A stretch of 63,302 nucleotides of DNA, the filler included. It is 7 parts of 7 records of this genome, joined end to end, with 100 filler letters (N's around TTAATTAATTAA, not from the genome) between each part and the next. Parts side by side here need not be neighbours in the genome. Positions count along the whole stretch, not along the records: positions 1 to 10,695 come from SRR31156797_43735; 6 more parts are not named here. The stretch is one strand, 5' to 3'. The stretch's first letter is position 1; each line of letters starts with the position of its first letter. Below the pieces are notes generated by a model, which saw only the letters and a program-made list of their open reading frames with translations, was not told the origin of the DNA and made no database searches. The translations under genes were made by a program, and so were the position numbers. Of the stretch, positions 1 to 8,904 are shown piece after piece.

Positions 1-2
1 TG

Positions 3-503
3 GAAGAGTACGAACTGGCCAGAAAACGCGGCGCCAACATCCTGGGAGAGGTCATCGGGTTCTGGTGCGGTAATACCGGAGGAGATTTGATCCTGCCCAA
101 CATGGACGGTATAAGAGAGACCATCATACGGGGTTTACAGAATGCCGGCTTGGAACCAAAGGATGTTGATTTCGTGAGCGCCCACGCCACAGCCACAAAA
201 ATGGGAGACGTGGCCGAAGCCATGGCCCTTTCCAAAGTCTATGGAAAGGGACCCTACGTCACGGGCCTCAAAAGTTACATGGGCCACACCATGGGATCCT
301 GCGGCGTCATCGAAACCATCATCACCCTTTATATGATGGAGAAGGGATTTATGGCGCCCACCCTGAACCTGGAGGAAGTTGATCCCAGATGCGACACCAT
401 CCGGCATACGGGCAAATTGCGCGAAACCCCCATCAAAATCGCATCCATTCAGAACTTTGCCTTCGGCGGGGTGAATACCAGTCTGTTTTTGAAAAAAGTG
501 TGA
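3..503 (+). CDS. Beta-ketoacyl-ACP synthase (FabB/FabF family), 3' part; 5' end lies outside the window
   Basis: Frame is open from base 3 (EEYELARKRGANILGEVIG...). KS motifs SAHATATKMGD, KSYMGHTMGSCG and NFAFGG are present. Confidence 0.9.
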   Translation, partial: EEYELARKRGANILGEVIGFWCGNTGGDLILPNMDGIRETIIRGLQNAGLEPKDVDFVSAHATATKMGDVAEAMALSKVYGKGPYVTGLKSYMGHTMGSCGVIETIITLYMMEKGFMAPTLNLEEVDPRCDTIRHTGKLRETPIKIASIQNFAFGGVNTSLFLKKV

Positions 504-776
504 CAGTTATCCAGCGATCCCCCATGTCCTAAGGAACAACATTCTTGAAGCATTTTCTTGTCGCTAATGGTTGACATCCCCCTCCCGGTCTGTTCTAAAT
601 TATTTTATTCCATTCGATTATTTAATAACAACGTTGAACACCTTTGAATTGGTCCTGCATGAGGCTGAGACGGCGCGTGACATGATAGTGATGGGTCCTT
701 TTGTGCCCCTCGCAGTGTTATTTCATATTGCAAGCCGGTCATTCGGGAAGAGCACCCCCGCAGAAAGGTATAAACA

Positions 777-977
777 ATGGCAGTTTCAGCGGATGAATAC
801 TTTAAAGCATTAAGGGAAATCAATCTTGCTTTGATTTCCGGGCTTCACTCAGCGATTGTGCTGCTTGAAAACTTTGAGAAATTGCCTGAAGAACAGCGCA
901 AAACCATGATCATTCAATTGAAACAATTGGTCGAAACAAGTCAAAGGGCCTATGGCCCTGAACCTACGAAACATTGA
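777..977 (+). CDS. Small hypothetical protein (66 aa)
   Basis: ATG preceded by a purine-rich AGAAAGG; helical-looking sequence; tightly packed with the next two ORFs. Confidence 0.55.
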   Translation: MAVSADEYFKALREINLALISGLHSAIVLLENFEKLPEEQRKTMIIQLKQLVETSQRAYGPEPTKH

Positions 978-1248
978 TTTGGAAAAAACAGAAAAAATCA
1001 CCTTGCTGGCGAAAGAAATATTCAGGATCTTCCCGGAAAGCGTCAGCGGATTAGTATTTAATTTTCTGGATTGTGGCTGCGTTTATTATCAAAGGAAATT
1101 TATAGACGGAGACATTGACCGGAAATTTGGAATTTACCGAAATATACGGAAAGGACCATGTGAAGTCTGTATGACCATGGATGAGAAATGGAAAGAACGG
1201 GTGGTCTATGAAACGGTTGTTTATAATAGCAAGATTGAGATGGGGTAA
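952..1248 (+). CDS. Hypothetical protein with CxC and CxxC motifs (start may be TTG at 979)
   Basis: LDCGCVY...GPCEVC in the translation; 9 nt gap to the next ORF. Confidence 0.6.
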   Translation: MALNLRNIDLEKTEKITLLAKEIFRIFPESVSGLVFNFLDCGCVYYQRKFIDGDIDRKFGIYRNIRKGPCEVCMTMDEKWKERVVYETVVYNSKIEMG

Positions 1249-1257
1249 AAGGCTGGC

Positions 1258-1557
1258 ATGAAACCCGGAAGTAAAGATATCAAAACCAATATCTTGATTT
1301 CAGGTCAAGAACTCACCGAGCTGAAGCGCCATACATGGCTGATGGAGGAGGCATTCGGGCTCGATTCTCGAATTGAAAAATACAAGGGAACCAGACCCAT
1401 CGGCCTTTACAGATGGGATTTAGAGTGCCTGGTTGATGCCGCAGATTATGCATTGAATGATCCAAAAGAGTACTCGGACAAAAATGATTCAGGGTATCGT
1501 TCACTTTTGAAACTCCATAATCGCTTGAAAGAAATTTATCGAAAAACGTATGATTAA
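1258..1557 (+). CDS. Hypothetical protein (99 aa)
   Basis: Clean ORF with normal composition, co-oriented with its neighbours. Confidence 0.65.
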   Translation: MKPGSKDIKTNILISGQELTELKRHTWLMEEAFGLDSRIEKYKGTRPIGLYRWDLECLVDAADYALNDPKEYSDKNDSGYRSLLKLHNRLKEIYRKTYD

Positions 1558-1625
1558 ATATCTCTCAGTCAAGAGTACACTTTACCGTATTATCATCAGC
1601 GGACTCACCATTTAAGGAGGAAAAC

Positions 1626-2102
1626 ATGAGGACGTTCTACGCCATTAGTGTCTTGTGGATTCTTTGTTCAATCGTATCCGCCCAGGCGGCCGACAACATG
1701 AAGGCTTTCCCGCCACCCGAAGAGGGAATGGTTCGACACGTCCTGCAGGTTCCAAAACAGGACGACGAGTCCGCGTTCAAGGTGGAACTGGTCGTAGGTA
1801 AGACAGTCAAAGTTGACAAAGGGAATAGATACTTCTTTGGCGGCAAGATCGAGGTGGAAACGATCAAAGGCTGGGGATTTCCACGGTACAACGTCAGCAA
1901 GCTGGGTCCCATGGGAGGCACCATGATGGCGATTGATCCGAACGCGCCGAAGGTGAACCTGTTCATCACGCTTGGTGGCCAACCGTACCTGATCCGGTAT
2001 AATAGTCGTTTGCCTATCGTGGTGTATGCACCCGCAGGGGTTGAGGTGCGTTACCGAATATGGAGCGCGGGCCGCGAAATAAAAATGATGGAAGAGGGGT
2101 AA
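1626..2102 (+). CDS. eco: Ecotin-family serine protease inhibitor
   Basis: AAGGAGG SD, signal peptide, motifs KVELVVGK, GWGF, TMMA reactive loop and RYNSRLPIVVY. Confidence 0.92.
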   Translation: MRTFYAISVLWILCSIVSAQAADNMKAFPPPEEGMVRHVLQVPKQDDESAFKVELVVGKTVKVDKGNRYFFGGKIEVETIKGWGFPRYNVSKLGPMGGTMMAIDPNAPKVNLFITLGGQPYLIRYNSRLPIVVYAPAGVEVRYRIWSAGREIKMMEEG

Positions 2103-2411
2103 ACCGGGGGACTGCCCGGAATAACAACGGGATGGTGTTCACTGCACCCCGATGTTGCACATGCCGTGGATAGGCGCACAATCTGAAAATGCGGGGATAT
2201 TCCGGTTGTGAACCATATCTTATGCCCGTTCTGTGCGTTTCATGGCATTGAGGCCGAACCGGGTAAGACATATTGCCCAAAAGCCGATGCTGTATTGGGT
2301 AGTCTTTGGCGCTCTTTTGACTTTGGATGGGGGCCTTAAGCAATCATTCTAATCATTTGACAGTCCACCAGAATCCATCCTCACCCACACCATTATCAGG
2401 GGGTTGATTCC

Positions 2412-4448
2412 ATGAGTGCGGAAAAATACACACGGAGGTTGACGGCTATCTTCAGTGCGGATGTGGCTGGTTACAGCCGTCTGATGGGCCAGGATGAAGC
2501 CGCCACGGTCAATACGATCACCCACTACCGAGAAATCATGGCGGACCTGATCAAGCAGCACCGGGGTCGGGTCGTGGATTCACCCGGGGACAATGTCCTG
2601 GCCGAATACGCCAGTGTGGTCGATGCGGCCCAGTGTGCGGTGGCGGTACAGAAGGAGATCCAGTCAAGGAACATGGAACTTCCGGAGGACCGGAAGATGC
2701 AGTTTCGCATCGGGATCAACCTCGGGGACATTATCGAGGAAGGGGAGCGGATCTACGGCGATGGTGTAAACATCGCGGCAAGGCTCGAATCCCTGGCCGA
2801 TCCGGGCGGGATATGTATCTCCAAGACCGCATTCGACCATATCGAAACCAAGTTGCCCCTGGGATATGAATACATCGGAGAGCAGTCAGTCAAGAACATT
2901 TCCAAACCGGTAAGCGCCTACAAGGTGGTCATGGACCCGCGGGTGACGCGATCCGGCGATTTGTCAAAAAAGGTTGCATTGCCGCCCTGGGCTAAGGGGG
3001 TGGCCATCATCGCGGGGATCGTTATTGCTACCGTTGCCTTGGCCTTCGGAGTCTGGACCCATTACCTCACCGGCCGTTTGACCGACCCCGCCACCAGCGG
3101 GAAGGCCTCGATCGTCGTATTGCCCTTTACCAATATGAGTGGCGATGCCGAGCTTGAGCATTTCAGTGACGGAATTACCGAAGAACTGATCGGGAGGCTG
3201 GCCCATGTGAGCGGGCTGAAGGTCATCTCCAAGACATCGGCCTTTTTTTACAAGGAAAAGGTTGTGAACCTCCAGACAATCGGCAAAGAACTCAAGGTCG
3301 GGAATGTACTCGAGGGGAGCGTCCGAAAGTCCGGGAACAAAATCCGGATCTCGGCCCAGTTGATCAATGTGGTGGATGATACCCACATATGGTCGGAAAC
3401 CTACGAACGGGGGATGAAAGACACATTCGCGATCCAGGATGAGATTTCCAAGGCCGTCGCCCAGAGCCTGAAGATGGAACTTCTGGGCGTTGAAGACGAA
3501 CCTCTGGCCGAAGACTATGTCCGCCGTTTAAGTGTCGATACCATCGTCAAGAAAGGCGAGACCATTGATGAGGGCCTCTCCGCCTTCGGCGCCAATATCG
3601 AGATCGCCGGGACCGTGAACGGGGGATTGGAGGCTTTTGCCGCGAACATCGATATTTCGGGAGAGAACCGGGGTGATCTGCGCTTCGTGGGTGCCAATGT
3701 CACCCTCTCGGGAAAATTCCTCAGGATGGTGAAGGGTGCGGGTGCAAACATCACCATTTCAGGTGTTTTTGAAGATGATCTCAACGTGAGCGCGGCCAGA
3801 ATCACGATCACTCCCACAGCCGTGATCAAGGGGGATCTCATTTATTCCACCGCATTGTTTGTGCGGAAAGAGGGGTCCCAAATCCTGGGAAAGGTGATCC
3901 GACTTGGGTCCGAGGAGGGGAAGGCCTGGATCAAGAGCCATTTCCCCCATCCAAAAGGCCCCGATTATGTGGGGATATGCATATTTTGGCTCATCGCCAG
4001 CATCGCCTTTATCGTGGTCGGATATCTGGTCAATATCTTCCTCCCCGGGCAGACGGAAAGAATTGTTTCCCTTCTTAGAGGTTCCCCCTGGAAAAGCCTC
4101 TGGGTCGGCTTGGCCTTTATCGTCCTGTCGCCCGTCTGCATCGCCCTGTGTCTGGGCACCGTGATCGGCATACCGGCCGGAATCATGGCGACCCTTATTT
4201 TTATCATGATGCTTTATATCAGCCGGGTCTATGTGGCGCTCTGGATCGGCAGGCTACTCTTAGGGAGATGGAAGGAATCCTTTGCCTCCTGCTTTTTCTG
4301 GCCTTTTGTAACGGGAACCGCCCTTATGGGCCTCCTGTTGCTGATTCCGTGGATCGATTGGCCTCTCCGAACCCTTATCCTCTGCATGGGCATGGGGGCC
4401 ATGTGGCAGGTCTTCTGGGGTTCGGTCCGGCCATCCAAAAAGGCCTGA
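2412..4448 (+). CDS. Class III adenylate/guanylate cyclase fused to a TM helix, TolB-N-like domain, bactofilin-like beta-helix and polytopic membrane domain
   Basis: ADVAGYS, PGDNVL, FRIGINLGD and YGDGVNIAARLE cyclase motifs; SIVVLPFTN...LEGSVRKSG TolB-like module; GANIEIAGTVNG-type repeats; hydrophobic C-terminus. Confidence 0.85.
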   Translation: MSAEKYTRRLTAIFSADVAGYSRLMGQDEAATVNTITHYREIMADLIKQHRGRVVDSPGDNVLAEYASVVDAAQCAVAVQKEIQSRNMELPEDRKMQFRIGINLGDIIEEGERIYGDGVNIAARLESLADPGGICISKTAFDHIETKLPLGYEYIGEQSVKNISKPVSAYKVVMDPRVTRSGDLSKKVALPPWAKGVAIIAGIVIATVALAFGVWTHYLTGRLTDPATSGKASIVVLPFTNMSGDAELEHFSDGITEELIGRLAHVSGLKVISKTSAFFYKEKVVNLQTIGKELKVGNVLEGSVRKSGNKIRISAQLINVVDDTHIWSETYERGMKDTFAIQDEISKAVAQSLKMELLGVEDEPLAEDYVRRLSVDTIVKKGETIDEGLSAFGANIEIAGTVNGGLEAFAANIDISGENRGDLRFVGANVTLSGKFLRMVKGAGANITISGVFEDDLNVSAARITITPTAVIKGDLIYSTALFVRKEGSQILGKVIRLGSEEGKAWIKSHFPHPKGPDYVGICIFWLIASIAFIVVGYLVNIFLPGQTERIVSLLRGSPWKSLWVGLAFIVLSPVCIALCLGTVIGIPAGIMATLIFIMMLYISRVYVALWIGRLLLGRWKESFASCFFWPFVTGTALMGLLLLIPWIDWPLRTLILCMGMGAMWQVFWGSVRPSKKA

Positions 4449-4655
4449 GGGCACTTTACCGGATTCAAGAAACTCAAGAGTCGCACGGGCACCATCCGTT
4501 CGCCTTGGCTTTCTCGCCCCGGGACGCTCGCCGGAATGTGGCACTTCCGTCAGGAAAACGGAAAAGGGTAACCCGGAATGGATTCTTGAGACATCTTGCC
4601 GCACATTTCGAGGACGCTCTTCCGAAACCGGCTGCATGGTGCAGTGACGGACAGC

Positions 4656-5771
4656 TTACCTGACGATCGGATGCCGGCCAAGATACGAGATCACATGATC
4701 AATAATAAACGCGGGCTGCTCCGCCAGCATGGCGTGTCCGGCATCGGGCACCACGGCCATGGTAACCCTGTCCGGGTATGTTTCCTTCATGTAGGTGCCA
4801 TTCTCTACAGGCGCTGCCACGTCATATTCGCCCTGAAGAATCAACATGGGCGCGCTGCCGCCGCTCACCCAATCCGCTGATGGTGATGAGTGTTTTTGAT
4901 CCATCCGCTCCTGCATCCAGCCCGTGTCCCGATACCATCCCGTAATCCAGTAATAGGGAACCTGCGACATGGGGGCGAAGAAAGCATGTTTGACATAGGA
5001 CTCTCGGTCGGATGGCGGAAGCCAGTAAGCAAAGGCAGCAATCATACCGGATAGAGTGACATCCCGAGGATCCGTTTCCTTCGTCTTCGCGGCGAGATCG
5101 CGGAAGAAGCGATCTATCTTCTCTGTTACAGCCGAGGGGGTGGCCGCGGGAGCCTTGGCGCTCGATGCCTTTTTTGTTGAGGTGCCAGGGCTTTGAGACT
5201 TCGGTGCGCCAGGACCGCTCTGAGTGGTCTTGGAAACTTTTGTGTGGGACTGCGAAGGAGAGACTTTTTGTCCCCCGCAGGCGAGGAGAACGAGCGATCG
5301 AACGCGTTCCGGATATCTTACCGCAAACATCCTGGCGACACGATTCCCAAATTCATAACCGATCACGTGTGCTCTTCCTCCAGGAATCCCCCCGGGCATA
5401 TCGCCCATGACGAGTGCCACATCGTCTGCAAATTGATCATATGTGGGATCCGTGAGGATTGGGCCGCTTCTGCCGATGCCTCGCGGCTGTATCGCAACGG
5501 TGCGATACCCGACGTTATTCAGGGCGGCAGCGAGTTCACGGAAATCGTCCGCCCCGCGCCCCATGCCCGGGAGTAGAACAACCGTCTCTCCCTGCGCAGG
5601 TCCCTGCAGGAAATAGGTCAGGCTTACGTCCGGGCCGATAGCTTCTCCAATGTAGGTCAGATTCAAATCCGCCACGTTACTGTAGGTGGCACAGGCTGAT
5701 ACGGCAAACAAAACCAGGATCGAAAGAACCATACAAGGAGTGCCTGCCCTTCCTCGAATTTGCGTTTTCAT
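4656..5771 (-). CDS. Alpha/beta-hydrolase-fold lipoprotein (start reassigned to ATG 5771)
   Basis: GAGGT SD before MKTQIRG; lipobox VSAC; hydrolase-fold segments VLLPGMGRG, QPRGIGRS, GYEFG, QGEYD, AGHA. Confidence 0.8.
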   Translation of the reverse strand: MKTQIRGRAGTPCMVLSILVLFAVSACATYSNVADLNLTYIGEAIGPDVSLTYFLQGPAQGETVVLLPGMGRGADDFRELAAALNNVGYRTVAIQPRGIGRSGPILTDPTYDQFADDVALVMGDMPGGIPGGRAHVIGYEFGNRVARMFAVRYPERVRSLVLLACGGQKVSPSQSHTKVSKTTQSGPGAPKSQSPGTSTKKASSAKAPAATPSAVTEKIDRFFRDLAAKTKETDPRDVTLSGMIAAFAYWLPPSDRESYVKHAFFAPMSQVPYYWITGWYRDTGWMQERMDQKHSSPSADWVSGGSAPMLILQGEYDVAAPVENGTYMKETYPDRVTMAVVPDAGHAMLAEQPAFIIDHVISYLGRHPIVR

Positions 5772-6083
5772 GTGGACCTCGGTGATAAGAACTTGCTTTT
5801 TCAACGAAAAACTATACCTAAATGGCGCTTGTATGTCAAAAAAAAAGGATGGCCACAACATATAGACGTGAGGCAGGATTGTGTTTGAGACGTTTTGCAA
5901 ATGACCTGTTTCACGCAGGCCAGCTTACGCCTGTCTGACACAAGGCCCATACTAATCATTTCCTCTTGACCCACAAGTTGATTTTCTCTACGCTCATAGC
6001 TGGAGCAAGCAATTTGTTATCGCTGGAGGAGGTCTCCCCGGAGAAAGGCAATGCATGATCACTGGCACAAGGAGGAAGATGAG

Positions 6084-6692
6084 ATGATTGCAGGCAAGAA
6101 GACATTAATCTGGACGTGGACCTGTCTAGCGGCAGCAATTCTCCTGTTGTTCGCGGTATCTTGCGACGGGGGCGATGATTCGGCAATTTCCGTAATTTCC
6201 GTGGGTGGCGGCACACTTTGTGTTGACACACCACGATTTGCCTTGTGCACCAGCGCCCCCTGCGAAATCGACACATCGGATTCAAAATACGCGATCTGTC
6301 ACTGTGACGTCGAGTCAGGGGCGAACTGGGGCAGGACTACCTGTGAAGAGAGAATACCTCAGGGCACTGAGCTCCGCTCGAATTTTTCACCGATCCAGGC
6401 TGGACCGCCTCTGTATCTCAAAGCATTGGTCTGCTGCAACAAAAGGTGGGCATCCTGCCTTGATGCCCCTTGTACCATAATAGACCCCAGCGACCCGACG
6501 AAGGCAAAGTGCAGATGCACCGTTGCAGCCACCAGACCGTGGGAGACGCTTGGCGGCGGGTGCGATCCGGCTGCATGTGATCAGCTCTGGTCCGCCGGGT
6601 TCATCGTAGACAAGGAGTTTCGAGAGGTCCTTGACGCCTTTGGCCGCCTTGGGGTGCCGGGGGCGGACTATCCGTATTGCAGTGGTGAGTAG
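6084..6692 (+). CDS. Cysteine-rich predicted lipoprotein with an internal duplication
   Basis: AGGAGG SD before ATG 6084; lipobox AVSC; about 15 further Cys; two related C-x4-C...CxC units. Confidence 0.75.
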   Translation: MIAGKKTLIWTWTCLAAAILLLFAVSCDGGDDSAISVISVGGGTLCVDTPRFALCTSAPCEIDTSDSKYAICHCDVESGANWGRTTCEERIPQGTELRSNFSPIQAGPPLYLKALVCCNKRWASCLDAPCTIIDPSDPTKAKCRCTVAATRPWETLGGGCDPAACDQLWSAGFIVDKEFREVLDAFGRLGVPGADYPYCSGE

Positions 6693-6722
6693 CCCGGCGC
6701 CCCTCCTCGTCGTCCCCGCGCT

Positions 6723-8483
6723 TCACCTCGGCGACGGGGTCGGGGTCCCGTCGCAGCACACCCGACCCTTGGGGCGCACCGCCGGCGGGAGGAACCTGCC
6801 GTCGTTCACCCCAACCTCGCGGGCCATGAGTTCGTTGAGCAGGGCGTTCATCCGCAGGATGAGCGCCCCGTTCCGCTTAGGTTCCAGCGCCAGGTTGTTC
6901 CGCTCCTCGGGGTCGGCCTCTAGGTCGAAGAGCTCCAGGTCGTTCCAGGCCAGGATCTCCTCCAGGGTCCGCGGCGTGTTGAACTGACTCGGCGCGTAGT
7001 AGCGCGCGAACTTGTACCTTCCATCGAAGGTCATGGCGACGAAGCCCCGCTTGGCGAGGTCGGGGTGGTTCCCGGCCAGCTCCGCGGGCCTCATGGCGAA
7101 GGCCCCCTCCTTCCCGAACCCTGCCTCGAAGAGGCTCGTGAAGAAGCGCGCGTCCACGGTGGAGAGCCCCACGTAGTTGAAGAGGACGCCGGGGCGCACC
7201 GCGTCGGGCCGGGCCCTCGACGGGCCGGCCAGGACGGTGGAGAAGTCCCGACCCGGGAGCCCCTTGGTGATGTGGGCCGCGGCCTCCCGCGGGGCGCCGG
7301 TCAGTGCCACAAGCGTGGGGAGCAGGTCGATGTGGCTCGTCAGGGCCCGGGTGGTTTGCCCCCCCTTCACGTCCGGATGGACCACGATCATGGGCACGTG
7401 GACGTTCTGCTCGTAGGAGACCGGCCCCTTGTTCCGGAGCCCGCCGTGCGCGCCGCCGAGCTCCCCGTGGTCGGAGGTGAAGACCACCACGGTGTCCTTC
7501 CACAGGTCGAGGTCGTCGAGCGCCTCCAGCACCTGTCCCATGCACCGGTCGTTTTCGCGGAGGAGATTCAGGTAGAAATTATCGTAGGCGCGCCACATGT
7601 CCCGCCGCTCGGTGGGGATCTCCCCCATGACGTTGGCGGTCCCCCGGTAGAACTCCCAGTGGGCGCCCGGCCGCCCTGGCGCCCGGAGCGGCTCGTCGAG
7701 GGTGCTCCACATGGGGAAGTCCCACTGCTTGCGGTTCCGGGTGTCGGCGGGGATCGCCGCGATCTCCCCCGGCTTCAAGCCCTTCTGCACGGACGTGCCT
7801 GGAGGGTTCACGTCGGCGAAGAAGATGTCGTGCGGGTTGATGAAGGAGAGGACGAGGAACCACGGCTCACCCGCCTTTCGCAGGCGCTCGGCGTTTGTGC
7901 GCAGCCAGCGGATCCCCTCCGCGCCGATGACGCCGTCCACCTGGTATCCCTGGTTCTGCGCCCCTGTCACCTCGCCGTAGGGCTGCCAGACGTCGAACCC
8001 GTACTTCTTGAGCGCGCCTGTGTAGTTCACCCCCGGTTTCGGGAACACGATGTCCCGGTCGAGTTCGAACTTGCCGAAGTACGCCGTCGCGTAGCCGAGC
8101 CGCTTCATGGCGGTCCCCATGGAGACGGCGTTCGTGGGGAGGCTCGGGGTCCAGCCGAACATCATCTCCTCCTGGATCCCCGTCACCTGCGGGGCGAGGC
8201 CGCTGTAGATCACGCCGCGCGACGGCGTGCAGACCGCCGACGAAATGTAGTGGTTCGTGAAGGTGACCCCACGGGCCGCAAGCCGGTCGAGGGCCGGCTG
8301 GCGGAACCCCTTGGCCCGGACCGTCTGGAACATCCGCTGATCGCAGGTGATGAAGAGGACGTTGCGCCTTCCCTTGTCCGACGCGTCTCCGTGGACCGGA
8401 CTCGCCGGCGCCGGCAAGCCGCCGAGAATAGCAATCACCATAAGTGCACAGCCGAATGAATTCAGCACGAAGCGTGCTTTCAT
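6723..8483 (-). CDS. Cys-type (formylglycine) sulfatase with N-terminal signal peptide
   Basis: NVLFITCDQ, CTPSR signature, FGKF, NPHD, TSDHG and ELFDLEADPEE motifs. Confidence 0.92.
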   Translation of the reverse strand: MKARFVLNSFGCALMVIAILGGLPAPASPVHGDASDKGRRNVLFITCDQRMFQTVRAKGFRQPALDRLAARGVTFTNHYISSAVCTPSRGVIYSGLAPQVTGIQEEMMFGWTPSLPTNAVSMGTAMKRLGYATAYFGKFELDRDIVFPKPGVNYTGALKKYGFDVWQPYGEVTGAQNQGYQVDGVIGAEGIRWLRTNAERLRKAGEPWFLVLSFINPHDIFFADVNPPGTSVQKGLKPGEIAAIPADTRNRKQWDFPMWSTLDEPLRAPGRPGAHWEFYRGTANVMGEIPTERRDMWRAYDNFYLNLLRENDRCMGQVLEALDDLDLWKDTVVVFTSDHGELGGAHGGLRNKGPVSYEQNVHVPMIVVHPDVKGGQTTRALTSHIDLLPTLVALTGAPREAAAHITKGLPGRDFSTVLAGPSRARPDAVRPGVLFNYVGLSTVDARFFTSLFEAGFGKEGAFAMRPAELAGNHPDLAKRGFVAMTFDGRYKFARYYAPSQFNTPRTLEEILAWNDLELFDLEADPEERNNLALEPKRNGALILRMNALLNELMAREVGVNDGRFLPPAVRPKGRVCCDGTPTPSPR

Positions 8484-8904
8484 TGTCGTAGTCCTTTCTT
8501 TTCATCGATCATCAAAAACAGCTATTGGAATATGTGGAAAAAATCCCGACATTGACCATATAGAATGGAAAGAATTCCACCTAATTTCATATTATAGGCT
8601 AAGATATGGAACAATAGCGATCGGTTTTTCCATAAATTCCATACTGCGCAATGATAACACGGAAAACTCAAAATAATCCAAAGTATCAGCAGCACCCGAA
8701 ACCTGTGATTGGCCTTAGGGGGGGTGTGGAGATTCAAATGTCCGGGCGGTTTCAGATTTTTTGAGATTCGTGTTCTCGTGTATTTTCTCAATGATGCGGT
8801 TTTTGGTTAGGGTCATGGAAAATCCTTGATTTTGTAAGAGTTTTCAATCTGTTCAGCATGGAAGCTGCTTCTATTTTACGAGTTTTTCAAAAGGATATGT
8901 AAGT

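Noticed and set aside
7065-8459. 464-aa plus-strand ORF and other long ORFs overlapping the sulfatase
   Set aside because: Antisense shadows of a high-GC gene with no recognisable motifs. The same applies to the shadows over ligA, glyS, cytX, hydA and leuA.
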